Assembly (NCBI GenBank): GCA_014378995.1
Contig: JACMMP010000064.1
Span: 4,363 to 68,362, forward strand
Direction: 5' to 3'
Length of the DNA: 64,000 bases
Origin: Hyphomonadaceae bacterium
GTDB lineage: Bacteria > Pseudomonadota > Alphaproteobacteria > Caulobacterales > Aquidulcibacteraceae
Part shown: positions 35,239 through 43,017 of the stretch, in pieces
Numbering within the stretch: position 1 is the first letter of the stretch
Layout: every line of letters begins with the position of its first letter
Notes under the pieces: generated by a model
What the model saw: only the letters and a program-made list of their open reading frames with translations
Database searches by the model: none
What the model was told of the DNA's origin: nothing
Made by a program: the position numbers and the translations under genes

Positions 35239-36435
35239 TCACGCGCGTTCGAAGATTGCCGCGAGGCCCTGGCCGCCGCCGATACACATCGTCTCGAGAC
35301 CGTAGCGCCCGTTTCGACGGCGTAGCTCGCGCACAAGATTGGCGAGGATGCGGCCGCCGGTGGCGCCGATGGGATGGCCGAGCGAAATGCCGGAGCCGTT
35401 GACGTTCAGCTTGTCGCGATCGTCCCAGCCCCAGCCCTTTAGCACCGCGAGCACTTGCGGCGCGAAGGCCTCGTTGAGCTCAACGAGATCGATGTCTTTC
35501 CAGCCGAGACCGGTGCGGCCAAATAGGCGCTCTACGGCCGGCACTGGGCCAATACCCATGCGCGATGGATCGCAGCCAGCCGCCGCCCAAGAGTGAAACC
35601 ACGCCATCGGCTCAAGCTTCAATTCATTCAACTTGTCTTCGGCAATGACCAAGCAAGCGGCGGCGGCGTCATTCTGCTGGCTCGCATTGCCGGCGGTGAC
35701 GACGCCGCCCTTTTCGATCGGCCGCAGCGCGCCGAGCGTTTCCATCGATGCATCGGTCCGGAAGCCTTCGTCCTTGACGAACAATTCGGGCTCGCCGCGT
35801 TTTTGCGGCACAGGCACAGGCGCGAGTTCGTCGGCGAATTTGTTTTCGGCCCAGGCCGCGGTCGCGCGCTCGTGGCTCATCACTGCATATTCATCCGCCT
35901 GCTCGCGGGTGATGGCGTAATCCTTGGCGAGGTTTTCGGCGGTCTCGATCATGCCGCTAATCATTCCGAACCGAGAGATCGGTTGCGACATAACGCGTCC
36001 GCGCGTCAGGCGATCGTGCATCACGGATTGGCCCGAGCGCGCGCCAGAGCGCAGATCGGTGGAGTAATATTCCACATTGCTCATGCTCTCGACGCCGCCG
36101 GCAATGACGACGTCGGCGGCGCCCGTCTGCACCATCATGGCGGCGTCGATGATCGACTGCAGGCCCGAGCCGCAGCGGCGGTCGAGCTGATATCCCGGCA
36201 CCCGCAGCGGCAGATCGGCGGCCAGCGCCGCCCAGCGGGCGATGCACGGCGCTTCCCCGTTGGCGTAGCCTTGCGCAAACACGACATCGTCGATGCGCTC
36301 GGGGTCGATTGTGGTGCGCTCGACCAAGGCGCGGAGGATAATTGCGGCGAGATCGCCCGCGGGCAATGGCGAGAGCGATCCCATGAATTTGCCCACGGGC
36401 GTTCGCAGCGGACTTACGATGGCGGCTCTGCGCAT
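35239..36435 (-). CDS. Acetyl-CoA C-acyltransferase (thiolase)
   Basis: DRRCGSG (catalytic Cys), GVESMS, NEAFA, GHPIGATG, CIGGGQG. Confidence 0.93.
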   Translation of the reverse strand: MRRAAIVSPLRTPVGKFMGSLSPLPAGDLAAIILRALVERTTIDPERIDDVVFAQGYANGEAPCIARWAALAADLPLRVPGYQLDRRCGSGLQSIIDAAMMVQTGAADVVIAGGVESMSNVEYYSTDLRSGARSGQSVMHDRLTRGRVMSQPISRFGMISGMIETAENLAKDYAITREQADEYAVMSHERATAAWAENKFADELAPVPVPQKRGEPELFVKDEGFRTDASMETLGALRPIEKGGVVTAGNASQQNDAAAACLVIAEDKLNELKLEPMAWFHSWAAAGCDPSRMGIGPVPAVERLFGRTGLGWKDIDLVELNEAFAPQVLAVLKGWGWDDRDKLNVNGSGISLGHPIGATGGRILANLVRELRRRNGRYGLETMCIGGGQGLAAIFERA

Positions 36436-36540
36436 GTTTACCGATCCCCAAGGCTGGCGCGCATCAGTCATCGTTCCGTCATGGCGCGTGGACTGGATAT
36501 ATCCTGTCATCTCCCCGCGCAAATTGGCGCTAAGGCCGAA

Positions 36541-36744
36541 TTAGTCCGCGCGGCCAGCCAGCCCGATGATCACGTGGGGCGCGCCGCAGCCCGCGCACAC
36601 CAGACTTCGCCCAACCGATTGCACGGATGCCTCCAGCCCGCGCCGCGCCGTAAAGAACGGGATCGATAGCCGCGTGCGCACGCCGCACACGACACACGTT
36701 GCTTCGAGTTCGTTGGAACTCTGTAGGGCTTCTAGCAGCGTCAT
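36541..36744 (-). CDS. Small zinc-ribbon-like protein (67 aa)
   Basis: CVVC...CAGC; GGAG 7 nt before ATG; near-consensus GGAAC-N16-CGCT promoter at 36805-36829. Confidence 0.55.
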   Translation of the reverse strand: MTLLEALQSSNELEATCVVCGVRTRLSIPFFTARRGLEASVQSVGRSLVCAGCGAPHVIIGLAGRAD

Positions 36745-36864
36745 TGCGCGCTCCGAGCAGGCGGCCCTTTTCGCTATGGAGCGCGGGCGTCCGCGGCAAG
36801 ACCAAGCGTCCTGCCTGGGGAAGAGTTCCGCTATCGTTCGGGCTCGGGCATCGCTAGGCGCGGC

Positions 36865-37068
36865 CTATCGCGACGAGCGCGCGGCCATGAGATGCTCGCA
36901 CTGGATCATGCACGCCGCCAAGGGCTCGCCGGCTTCTAAGGCCTTGATGCCGACGGTGCAGCGCTCTACGCACTCTTCGACTTTAAAGCTGAGGACCGCG
37001 CGATCCCCGCTGCCAATCTGCGTCGCAGCGAGCCCGCAGGTCTGACAAACGACACGGCTGATGGGCAT
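36865..37068 (-). CDS. Small Cys-rich hypothetical protein (67 aa)
   Basis: CQTC, CVERC, CMIQCEH; no clear SD. Confidence 0.4.
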   Translation of the reverse strand: MPISRVVCQTCGLAATQIGSGDRAVLSFKVEECVERCTVGIKALEAGEPLAACMIQCEHLMAARSSR

Positions 37069-37218
37069 TTGGAAAGCATGCAAGTGTTCGCTGAGTCGGC
37101 CCGCAAGCTTTGTCGTGAATATTTTATATCGGTTTTGTGACTGTCGCCTCATAGGCGTAATCACAAGGCTTAGAGCCCTTAGAGGGGCTATGCTCCTCAC
37201 TTGAGCCAGGAAGAGCCA

Positions 37219-37461
37219 ATGTCCGAGAAGAAATCCCTGAAGCAGGCGGTCAAAACGATCTGGAAGGGCGTGAAGCAGCTGCGCGCCGACAGCGACGATC
37301 GCTTTCATCCCGCCGAGATCAAAGCTTCCGCGGATGCGCTCACCGGCTACGCGGACGAATTGCGGCGCCTCGCGACCGAAATAAGCGCGCTGAGCTCGAT
37401 GCCGACCGAGGCGGCGCCGCCCGTCGCTAAGCGCAAACGCAAAGCTTCGCCGCCGAGCTAA
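37219..37461 (+). CDS. Small helical hypothetical protein (80 aa)
   Basis: AGGAAG upstream, GC3-rich codon usage, followed by a hairpin at about 37463-37515. Confidence 0.65.
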   Translation: MSEKKSLKQAVKTIWKGVKQLRADSDDRFHPAEIKASADALTGYADELRRLATEISALSSMPTEAAPPVAKRKRKASPPS

Positions 37462-37535
37462 GCCCGGCGGCGCGGGCGCTCTGCGGAGGGTTTTCCCCGC
37501 AAAGCGCCGCGCCGGTCATTGCTTGGTCGGCTATC

Positions 37536-39836
37536 TCAAAATGCGTAGCGGCCGACGAGCTGGAACACCGGACCGGCGCTTTCGCTCTCCAGCTCGTACT
37601 CGTCGTAGTCCCGCGCGATCTGGTCGGCGAGATTGTCGAACTTGTCGAAGACCTCGTCCTTCGATTCATCGAGCAAGTTGGAGCCCGTCAGGCGAACGGT
37701 GAAGTTGCTGCCAAAGCGGTGCTCAACGAAGAACTCAAGATCGGCGCCGTACTCGGTTGTGACTTCCTCCGCGACGACACGGCTGAAGGCCGAGCCCTGA
37801 TCGCGATAGGTCACGCCGAACGAGCTGTTGATGCGCGGCAAGTCCTGAATGAAGCCAATGTTGAAAATCGACTCTGCCTGGCTGTTGAAGCGCCGCGTGC
37901 CGATCTCATCTTCGACCTCGCTGTCGAGCCAGCTATAGTTGAAGAACACCCCGGTGTTCTCGAGACCCAACGCGCTCAGCGACGTCGAGAGATCGAACTC
38001 GACGCCCCACACCTTGCCGTCACCCGTGTTGCGCGCCGAGTAAACGAACGTGCCCGGCCCTTCGCTGCCCTCAACGCCTGTGTTGAAGATTTCAATCAGA
38101 TCGGAGACATCGCGGTAGAAATAGTTCACGCCGACAATGCCGGTGCGTCCGAGGCGGCGCTCATAGCCGATGTCGATGCCCCACGCCGTCTCTGGGTCGA
38201 GCGTCGGGACGCCCTGGAAGTCGCTGTCACCCAGCTCCTCTTCCAGCAGGGCTGGCGAAAGGAAACTGAAGCTCGGACTACGCACCGTGCGAGCCGCCGA
38301 AAGGAGGACGCGATCGTTCTCGGTCAGATTCCAGCTGACGTGCGCGGACGGCAGAACCACCTCGTACGAGGTCTCATCTGACGTCCCGGTGGTGCGATCC
38401 TCCACTGTGATTTCCGTGGTTTCATAGCGGAGACCCGCTTCCCACTCGATCGCGCCGGCTTCGCCGGTTAGCATTACATACGGATCGATGCGGCGGCGTT
38501 CGATGGTGTTGTCGCCGCCATCGACAGCGTCAAGATCGGCCGGATCAACCAGCGATCCATCGAAGTCGGTTGGCGGCGGGAAACCCGGATCGCCGGCTTC
38601 GAACCCCACATCGGCGGCGCGAACAAGGTTCTCACGCTCTTTCTGCTCGAAATGCACACCGAATTCGAGTTCAAGGCCGCCGCCGAGCTCGCGCTCGTGT
38701 TCGAGCTTCAAACGCCATTCTTCGTCGGTGAGCTCAGTATCGCCAATCTCGCTTCCATATTCCTCAAGCACCGGAAATGGATCGAACGACGCCTCATCTT
38801 CGAATTCGAATGCTTCATTGGTGAACTGCGCAAATCCCAGTCCAATGCGGTTCTCGCCGCCGAACGACTCGAAGGTGTAGCGGCCGTTGAGCGAGAAGCT
38901 TCGCTGCTCGATATCGACGTCATTGGCGTTCAGCGTTTCGATGTTCGCATCGTCCACGATCCCGTCCGAATACTCGATGGAATCCTCGGTTTGAGTGCGG
39001 TCGGTGTGCACAATGAAGCCGTCGAAAGATAATTCCCCGCCAAGCGCCTCGATGTCATAGCTGAAGTTTGCCGAATAGTCCGTGCCGTCGCGGACATCCG
39101 TTTGGACTTCGCTGTTGTTTATAGGATCGCCGGGTTCGTCGAAACGCAGGCTGACTTTGTCCTTTGGGTTGTGCCGGTCTTGCATGTTGGCGCCGACGAG
39201 CAGGCGCCCGCCGCCGACTTCGCCGCCCCACACGCCGCCGATGGTTTGGCCCCAATGGTCGTCGTTCGCCCAGTTCAGAACGCCAGCGCGGATGTAGCCG
39301 CCGTCAAGCGAGTAAGAGTCGCGCAATACGATATTGATGGCGCCCGCGAGCGCATCGCCCGAACGATTGGCTGATTGGCTGCGTACGATTTCGACGCGCT
39401 CAATAAGTTCAGCCGGGATGCGATCGACGAAGAATGCGCCGTCAGCGCCATTGCCGAACGCGCCCGAGCTGTCGCCAGCCCCGGGGACTTGCTCCCCGTT
39501 GATCAGAATCTGCGTGTAAGCGGGATCGAGCCCGCGCAGACGCACGCCATCGCTTTCGAGTACGTCCGATAAGAACGCAACGCTCGGCACACGCTTCAGC
39601 GCATCGCCCACGGTGAGCGGCTCGAAACGCTGAAAATACTCGGCGCCGTATTCGAGCACGGGAGCTGCGCCCTCGACACGATTGCGATACTGGATTTCAC
39701 CAAGGACGACGATGTCTTCGCTCTGCGTGACGGCCGTGTCGGCGTCTGACGCGTCTTGCGCCTTGGCGGCGCCGGTGAACGCAAAGGCGGCGCTGGCGAC
39801 GCCGAGCAACCAAGCCCTGTTGGAGCGAAATGACAT
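37536..39836 (-). CDS. TonB-dependent receptor (phytase-associated)
   Basis: Signal peptide AKA|Q, TonB-box-like EDIVVLG, plug (LRGLDPAYTQILING, IERVEIVR, GAINIVL), C-terminal YAF. Confidence 0.93.
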   Translation of the reverse strand: MSFRSNRAWLLGVASAAFAFTGAAKAQDASDADTAVTQSEDIVVLGEIQYRNRVEGAAPVLEYGAEYFQRFEPLTVGDALKRVPSVAFLSDVLESDGVRLRGLDPAYTQILINGEQVPGAGDSSGAFGNGADGAFFVDRIPAELIERVEIVRSQSANRSGDALAGAINIVLRDSYSLDGGYIRAGVLNWANDDHWGQTIGGVWGGEVGGGRLLVGANMQDRHNPKDKVSLRFDEPGDPINNSEVQTDVRDGTDYSANFSYDIEALGGELSFDGFIVHTDRTQTEDSIEYSDGIVDDANIETLNANDVDIEQRSFSLNGRYTFESFGGENRIGLGFAQFTNEAFEFEDEASFDPFPVLEEYGSEIGDTELTDEEWRLKLEHERELGGGLELEFGVHFEQKERENLVRAADVGFEAGDPGFPPPTDFDGSLVDPADLDAVDGGDNTIERRRIDPYVMLTGEAGAIEWEAGLRYETTEITVEDRTTGTSDETSYEVVLPSAHVSWNLTENDRVLLSAARTVRSPSFSFLSPALLEEELGDSDFQGVPTLDPETAWGIDIGYERRLGRTGIVGVNYFYRDVSDLIEIFNTGVEGSEGPGTFVYSARNTGDGKVWGVEFDLSTSLSALGLENTGVFFNYSWLDSEVEDEIGTRRFNSQAESIFNIGFIQDLPRINSSFGVTYRDQGSAFSRVVAEEVTTEYGADLEFFVEHRFGSNFTVRLTGSNLLDESKDEVFDKFDNLADQIARDYDEYELESESAGPVFQLVGRYAF

Positions 39837-39888
39837 GATGAAACCCCCATAGGTTCTTTGACCCAAGCGCGCGCTTTAGGAGGCGGGC

Positions 39889-39926
39889 GTGACAGTTTGT
39901 CTTCGGTTCTGTGATGCTCTTGTCAA
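39889..39926. promoter_or_regulatory. Candidate Pho box(es) between the divergent receptor and phytase genes
   Basis: CTGTGAT-gctc-TTGTCAA (39909-39926, 11-bp phasing) on +; CTGTCAC (39895-39889) on -. Confidence 0.55.
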
Positions 39927-39966
39927 AAATGGTCGGCAGAAGGCCCCACTCACAGGAGGCTAGCAA

Positions 39967-41001
39967 ATGCGCCACATCGCAGCGTCGATCCTTGTTCTTG
40001 GCCTCACGGCCTGCGCCACGGCGCCCAGTGTGCCCGCGATACGCGAGACCGCCGCCGTTGCGCAGACGGGCGACGCTGCCGATGACCCGGCGATATGGGT
40101 CGCGCCGCAGCCGGAGCAGAGCCTTGTCATCGCCACGCAGAAAAAGGGCGGGCTCTACGTTTTCGATCTCGCAGGGCGGATCGTGCAGGAAGCGCCCGGC
40201 GGCGAGCCGAACAATGTCGATCTGCGCGAGGGCTTTGCTTGGCCCGAAGGGGCGGCGCCGATCGTGGGCGCCAGCGACCGCACCGACAACACCATCGTGC
40301 TCTGGCGCTTCGATAGCGCAACACGCAGGCTAGAGCCCACGCCGCGCGCGCGCATCGCGACCGGGTTTGTCGAAGTGTACGGCTTCTGCCTCGGGCAAAT
40401 CGGCGATGCGCTCATCGCCATTGCGACGGACAGAGACAGCGGCGAAGTTGGCATGTGGCGGATCGCGCCAGGTCCGGACGGCGTCCCTGCCGGCGAACGC
40501 GTTGCGGGCTACACGCTTGGCAGCATCGCCGAAGGCTGCGTCGTCGATGACGATCACGGCGTCTATTATGTCGCGCAGGAACTTGAAGGCATCTGGCGCG
40601 TGGACGCAAACGACACGACAGGCGCGGGCCGGCGCTTGGTGGATCGCGTCGGCGCCGGCGGCAATCTCGTCGCCGATGTAGAAGGGCTTAGCCTTTGGCG
40701 CAGCGCTGAGGGCGGCGGTTATCTCGTCGCTTCGGTGCAAGGCGCATCGCGCTTTGCCGTCTACGATCGCGGCGATGCAAATGCGTATCGCGGCGCGTTC
40801 CGCATAGCAGCCTCTGAAGACGCGGGCGCCGACGCGGTTCAAGGCACTGACGGCATTGACGTCGTGTCCGCTCCGCTCGGGCCGAATTTCCCGCGCGGCT
40901 TGCTTGTCGCCCAAGACGACCGCAACACGCGCCCCAGCGAACTCCAGAATTTCAAGTACCTCTCTTGGGCCGATGTGATGTTGGCGCTGGAATTGGAATA
41001 G
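39967..41001 (+). CDS. phy: Beta-propeller phytase, lipoprotein
   Basis: Lipobox LTAC; DAADDPAIW, NNVDLR, YGFCL, EGCVVDD, ADVEGL, TDG, QNFK; AGGAGG SD. Confidence 0.93.
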   Translation: MRHIAASILVLGLTACATAPSVPAIRETAAVAQTGDAADDPAIWVAPQPEQSLVIATQKKGGLYVFDLAGRIVQEAPGGEPNNVDLREGFAWPEGAAPIVGASDRTDNTIVLWRFDSATRRLEPTPRARIATGFVEVYGFCLGQIGDALIAIATDRDSGEVGMWRIAPGPDGVPAGERVAGYTLGSIAEGCVVDDDHGVYYVAQELEGIWRVDANDTTGAGRRLVDRVGAGGNLVADVEGLSLWRSAEGGGYLVASVQGASRFAVYDRGDANAYRGAFRIAASEDAGADAVQGTDGIDVVSAPLGPNFPRGLLVAQDDRNTRPSELQNFKYLSWADVMLALELE

Positions 41002-41027
41002 ATGGCGGAGCGGCCTAGTTGGAGCGC

Positions 41028-41783
41028 ATGTCCGACGCTCTCGCGCTCAATCTTTTGCCCGGCGTTCCGGCTGATTACGTTTTTAAACGATTGAGCAACG
41101 CTCCAGGCAAAGAGTTAGTCTCGGGCAAATTCGTCAGCGCCAACAGCTCAGCTGCGCTGGCGGCGAATTGCTTTGGCTGGTTTCACCCCTGCGCGCAGCT
41201 ACTGCCGCCGTTTGCAGGCGTGCAGGCGCGCTATCCGGCGCTCAGCGTCGATATCGAGGCGTGCGTCCGCTTCCCGTGGAGCGGCGGGCGCCACCCTTGG
41301 CTCGACGCTTTGGTCACGACAGAGAGGGAATTGATCGGTATCGAATCCAAACGCTATGAGCCCTTCCGCGATAAGAAGAAGGTAGACCTGTCCTCCGCGT
41401 ACGATCGCCCCGTTTGGGGCGACGCGATGCAACCGTTTGAAAAGCTGCGCGACGATCTGCGCGCCGGGAGCGTTTGCTATCGCTATCTGGACGCAGCGCA
41501 ATTGGTGAAACATGCCTTTGGCTTGACGACGCAAGCGCGTTCGGCGGGGCTTGAACCGATCCTGCTCTACCTCTTCGCTGAACCGGCCATGCTTGGAGAG
41601 CGCCCCATTCCAGACGACGCGCGAGAGGCGCACCGCGAGGAGATCGCGGGCTTCGCCGAACGCGTGCAAGGCGCCGACGTGCGTTTCTTCGCGCTTAGCT
41701 ATCGCGAATGGATTTCGACCTGGCGCGATGAAGGCGCGGTCGTCGAGCATGGCCGCAGGCTGTTGACGGCCTTTGCGCCTTAA
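41028..41783 (+). CDS. Putative PD-(D/E)xK restriction-endonuclease-fold protein
   Basis: SSAALAANCF, E..FPW, LDALV...IGIESKRYE, QLVKH; resembles PGN_0703-like putative endonucleases (recalled, not searched). Confidence 0.6.
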   Translation: MSDALALNLLPGVPADYVFKRLSNAPGKELVSGKFVSANSSAALAANCFGWFHPCAQLLPPFAGVQARYPALSVDIEACVRFPWSGGRHPWLDALVTTERELIGIESKRYEPFRDKKKVDLSSAYDRPVWGDAMQPFEKLRDDLRAGSVCYRYLDAAQLVKHAFGLTTQARSAGLEPILLYLFAEPAMLGERPIPDDAREAHREEIAGFAERVQGADVRFFALSYREWISTWRDEGAVVEHGRRLLTAFAP

Positions 41784-41792
41784 GCGCGCGCC

Positions 41793-42266
41793 TTAATCCG
41801 GGACGCGGGATTCGTTGCGTCTGGGGCGGGCGCTGCTTTCGGATGAGGCCGAGCGCGCGTTCCGGCGTTCGCGGGCGTTGCGCTCACGGAGATTGTCGAT
41901 TTCCGACAACTGACGGGGACGGTCGGGCGGCGTCGGCAACGTCTCCGATTCGATGTAGTCGACCTCGTCCAGCTCCATCGCTTCGATCTGGCGCGCGAGT
42001 TCGCGGCGATACGCGACGACGGCGTAGGACGGCGCGCCAGGACTCTCGCGCAATTGGGTCAGCTCCTGCTTGGTCTGCGCGTATTCGTAAACGGAGATGC
42101 CCGCGACGGCGGCCGCGACCAGCAGCAGGCACACCACCCAAAGGCGCGCGAGCGCGAATATGAACCACGCAATCATGGGCTGCACGCGGGGGCGGTCGGC
42201 CTGCGCCGCGCGTCCGCTTTGCTGCTCGGCCTCCCAGTGCGCCGCATCGTCTTCGACGTTGGCCAT
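41793..42266 (-). CDS. Single-pass membrane hypothetical protein (157 aa)
   Basis: Hydrophobic stretch near the N-terminus, then a charged helical region; AGGAGG SD; 3-nt gap to the upstream gene. Confidence 0.7.
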   Translation of the reverse strand: MANVEDDAAHWEAEQQSGRAAQADRPRVQPMIAWFIFALARLWVVCLLLVAAAVAGISVYEYAQTKQELTQLRESPGAPSYAVVAYRRELARQIEAMELDEVDYIESETLPTPPDRPRQLSEIDNLRERNARERRNARSASSESSARPRRNESRVPD

Positions 42267-42269
42267 GGC

Positions 42270-43004
42270 CTATCGCCTCCTGCGATTGAAGACATCGTCG
42301 CCGCCGTCGCACCAGGGGTCATGGTCGCCGCGGCCGCACATGTCCGCTTCGACAGCACGCACGCAACTTAGAGCGGGGTCGCCATCGGCGTCGCGCACAC
42401 GCATGGTCTGGCGCCGCGTTTCTTCGAGAGTGCGGCGCTGTTCTGTAAGAGCGGCGCGGTCAGCGGGAACGGTCGTCACCGCGATGCGGCGGCGCAGCTG
42501 AAGCAGATTTGCTTCGATGGCGTCGAGGCGGTTTTGGTAGATCTGGCGGCGGATGTCGCGGCACGAATCGTCCCATTGCTGGCGGAGCGTATCGATGCTG
42601 TCGGTCGTGCCGGTGATCAGCGGATGCGGTTGGCGCAACTCACGCCGCGCGCTGACGTCGTCGCGATACTCAGACAAGCCTGCGGCGGCGGCGTTGATGC
42701 GTTCGCGCTCCTCAATGAGCTTGTTCAGGCCAAGGGGGCGGCCTTCGGCGTAGATGGGCGAGAACCACCGGCCTCGGTCGGTGGGGTTGGCGTGATTGGG
42801 ATTCCACATCGCCCAGGCGGAGACGCCCGCCACCATCAAGCAGAGCGTGATCAAGAACAGCCAGAACAGGAGCCCGAGCGCGTTATTCGTCGCCTGCGCA
42901 GCCGCCTGCTCGGGCGGCACGCCTTGATAGATAACGATCGGCTGACCGGAGCTGCGCAGCTTGTCCGGGAGACCGTTCAGTATGTCGTCGTCACGGGACG
43001 GCAT
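42270..43004 (-). CDS. Single-pass membrane hypothetical protein with coiled coil and 4 distal Cys (244 aa)
   Basis: TM LLFWLFLITLCLMVAGVSAWAMW; AAGGAG SD; 13-nt gap to the upstream gene. Confidence 0.72.
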   Translation of the reverse strand: MPSRDDDILNGLPDKLRSSGQPIVIYQGVPPEQAAAQATNNALGLLFWLFLITLCLMVAGVSAWAMWNPNHANPTDRGRWFSPIYAEGRPLGLNKLIEERERINAAAAGLSEYRDDVSARRELRQPHPLITGTTDSIDTLRQQWDDSCRDIRRQIYQNRLDAIEANLLQLRRRIAVTTVPADRAALTEQRRTLEETRRQTMRVRDADGDPALSCVRAVEADMCGRGDHDPWCDGGDDVFNRRRR

Positions 43005-43017
43005 CGGTGGGCGCTCC

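Noticed and set aside
35239-36435. Thiolase as the missing PaaJ
   Set aside because: It lies 15 kb from the paa cluster, is linked to xth and has no operator copy upstream; substrate cannot be assigned from sequence.
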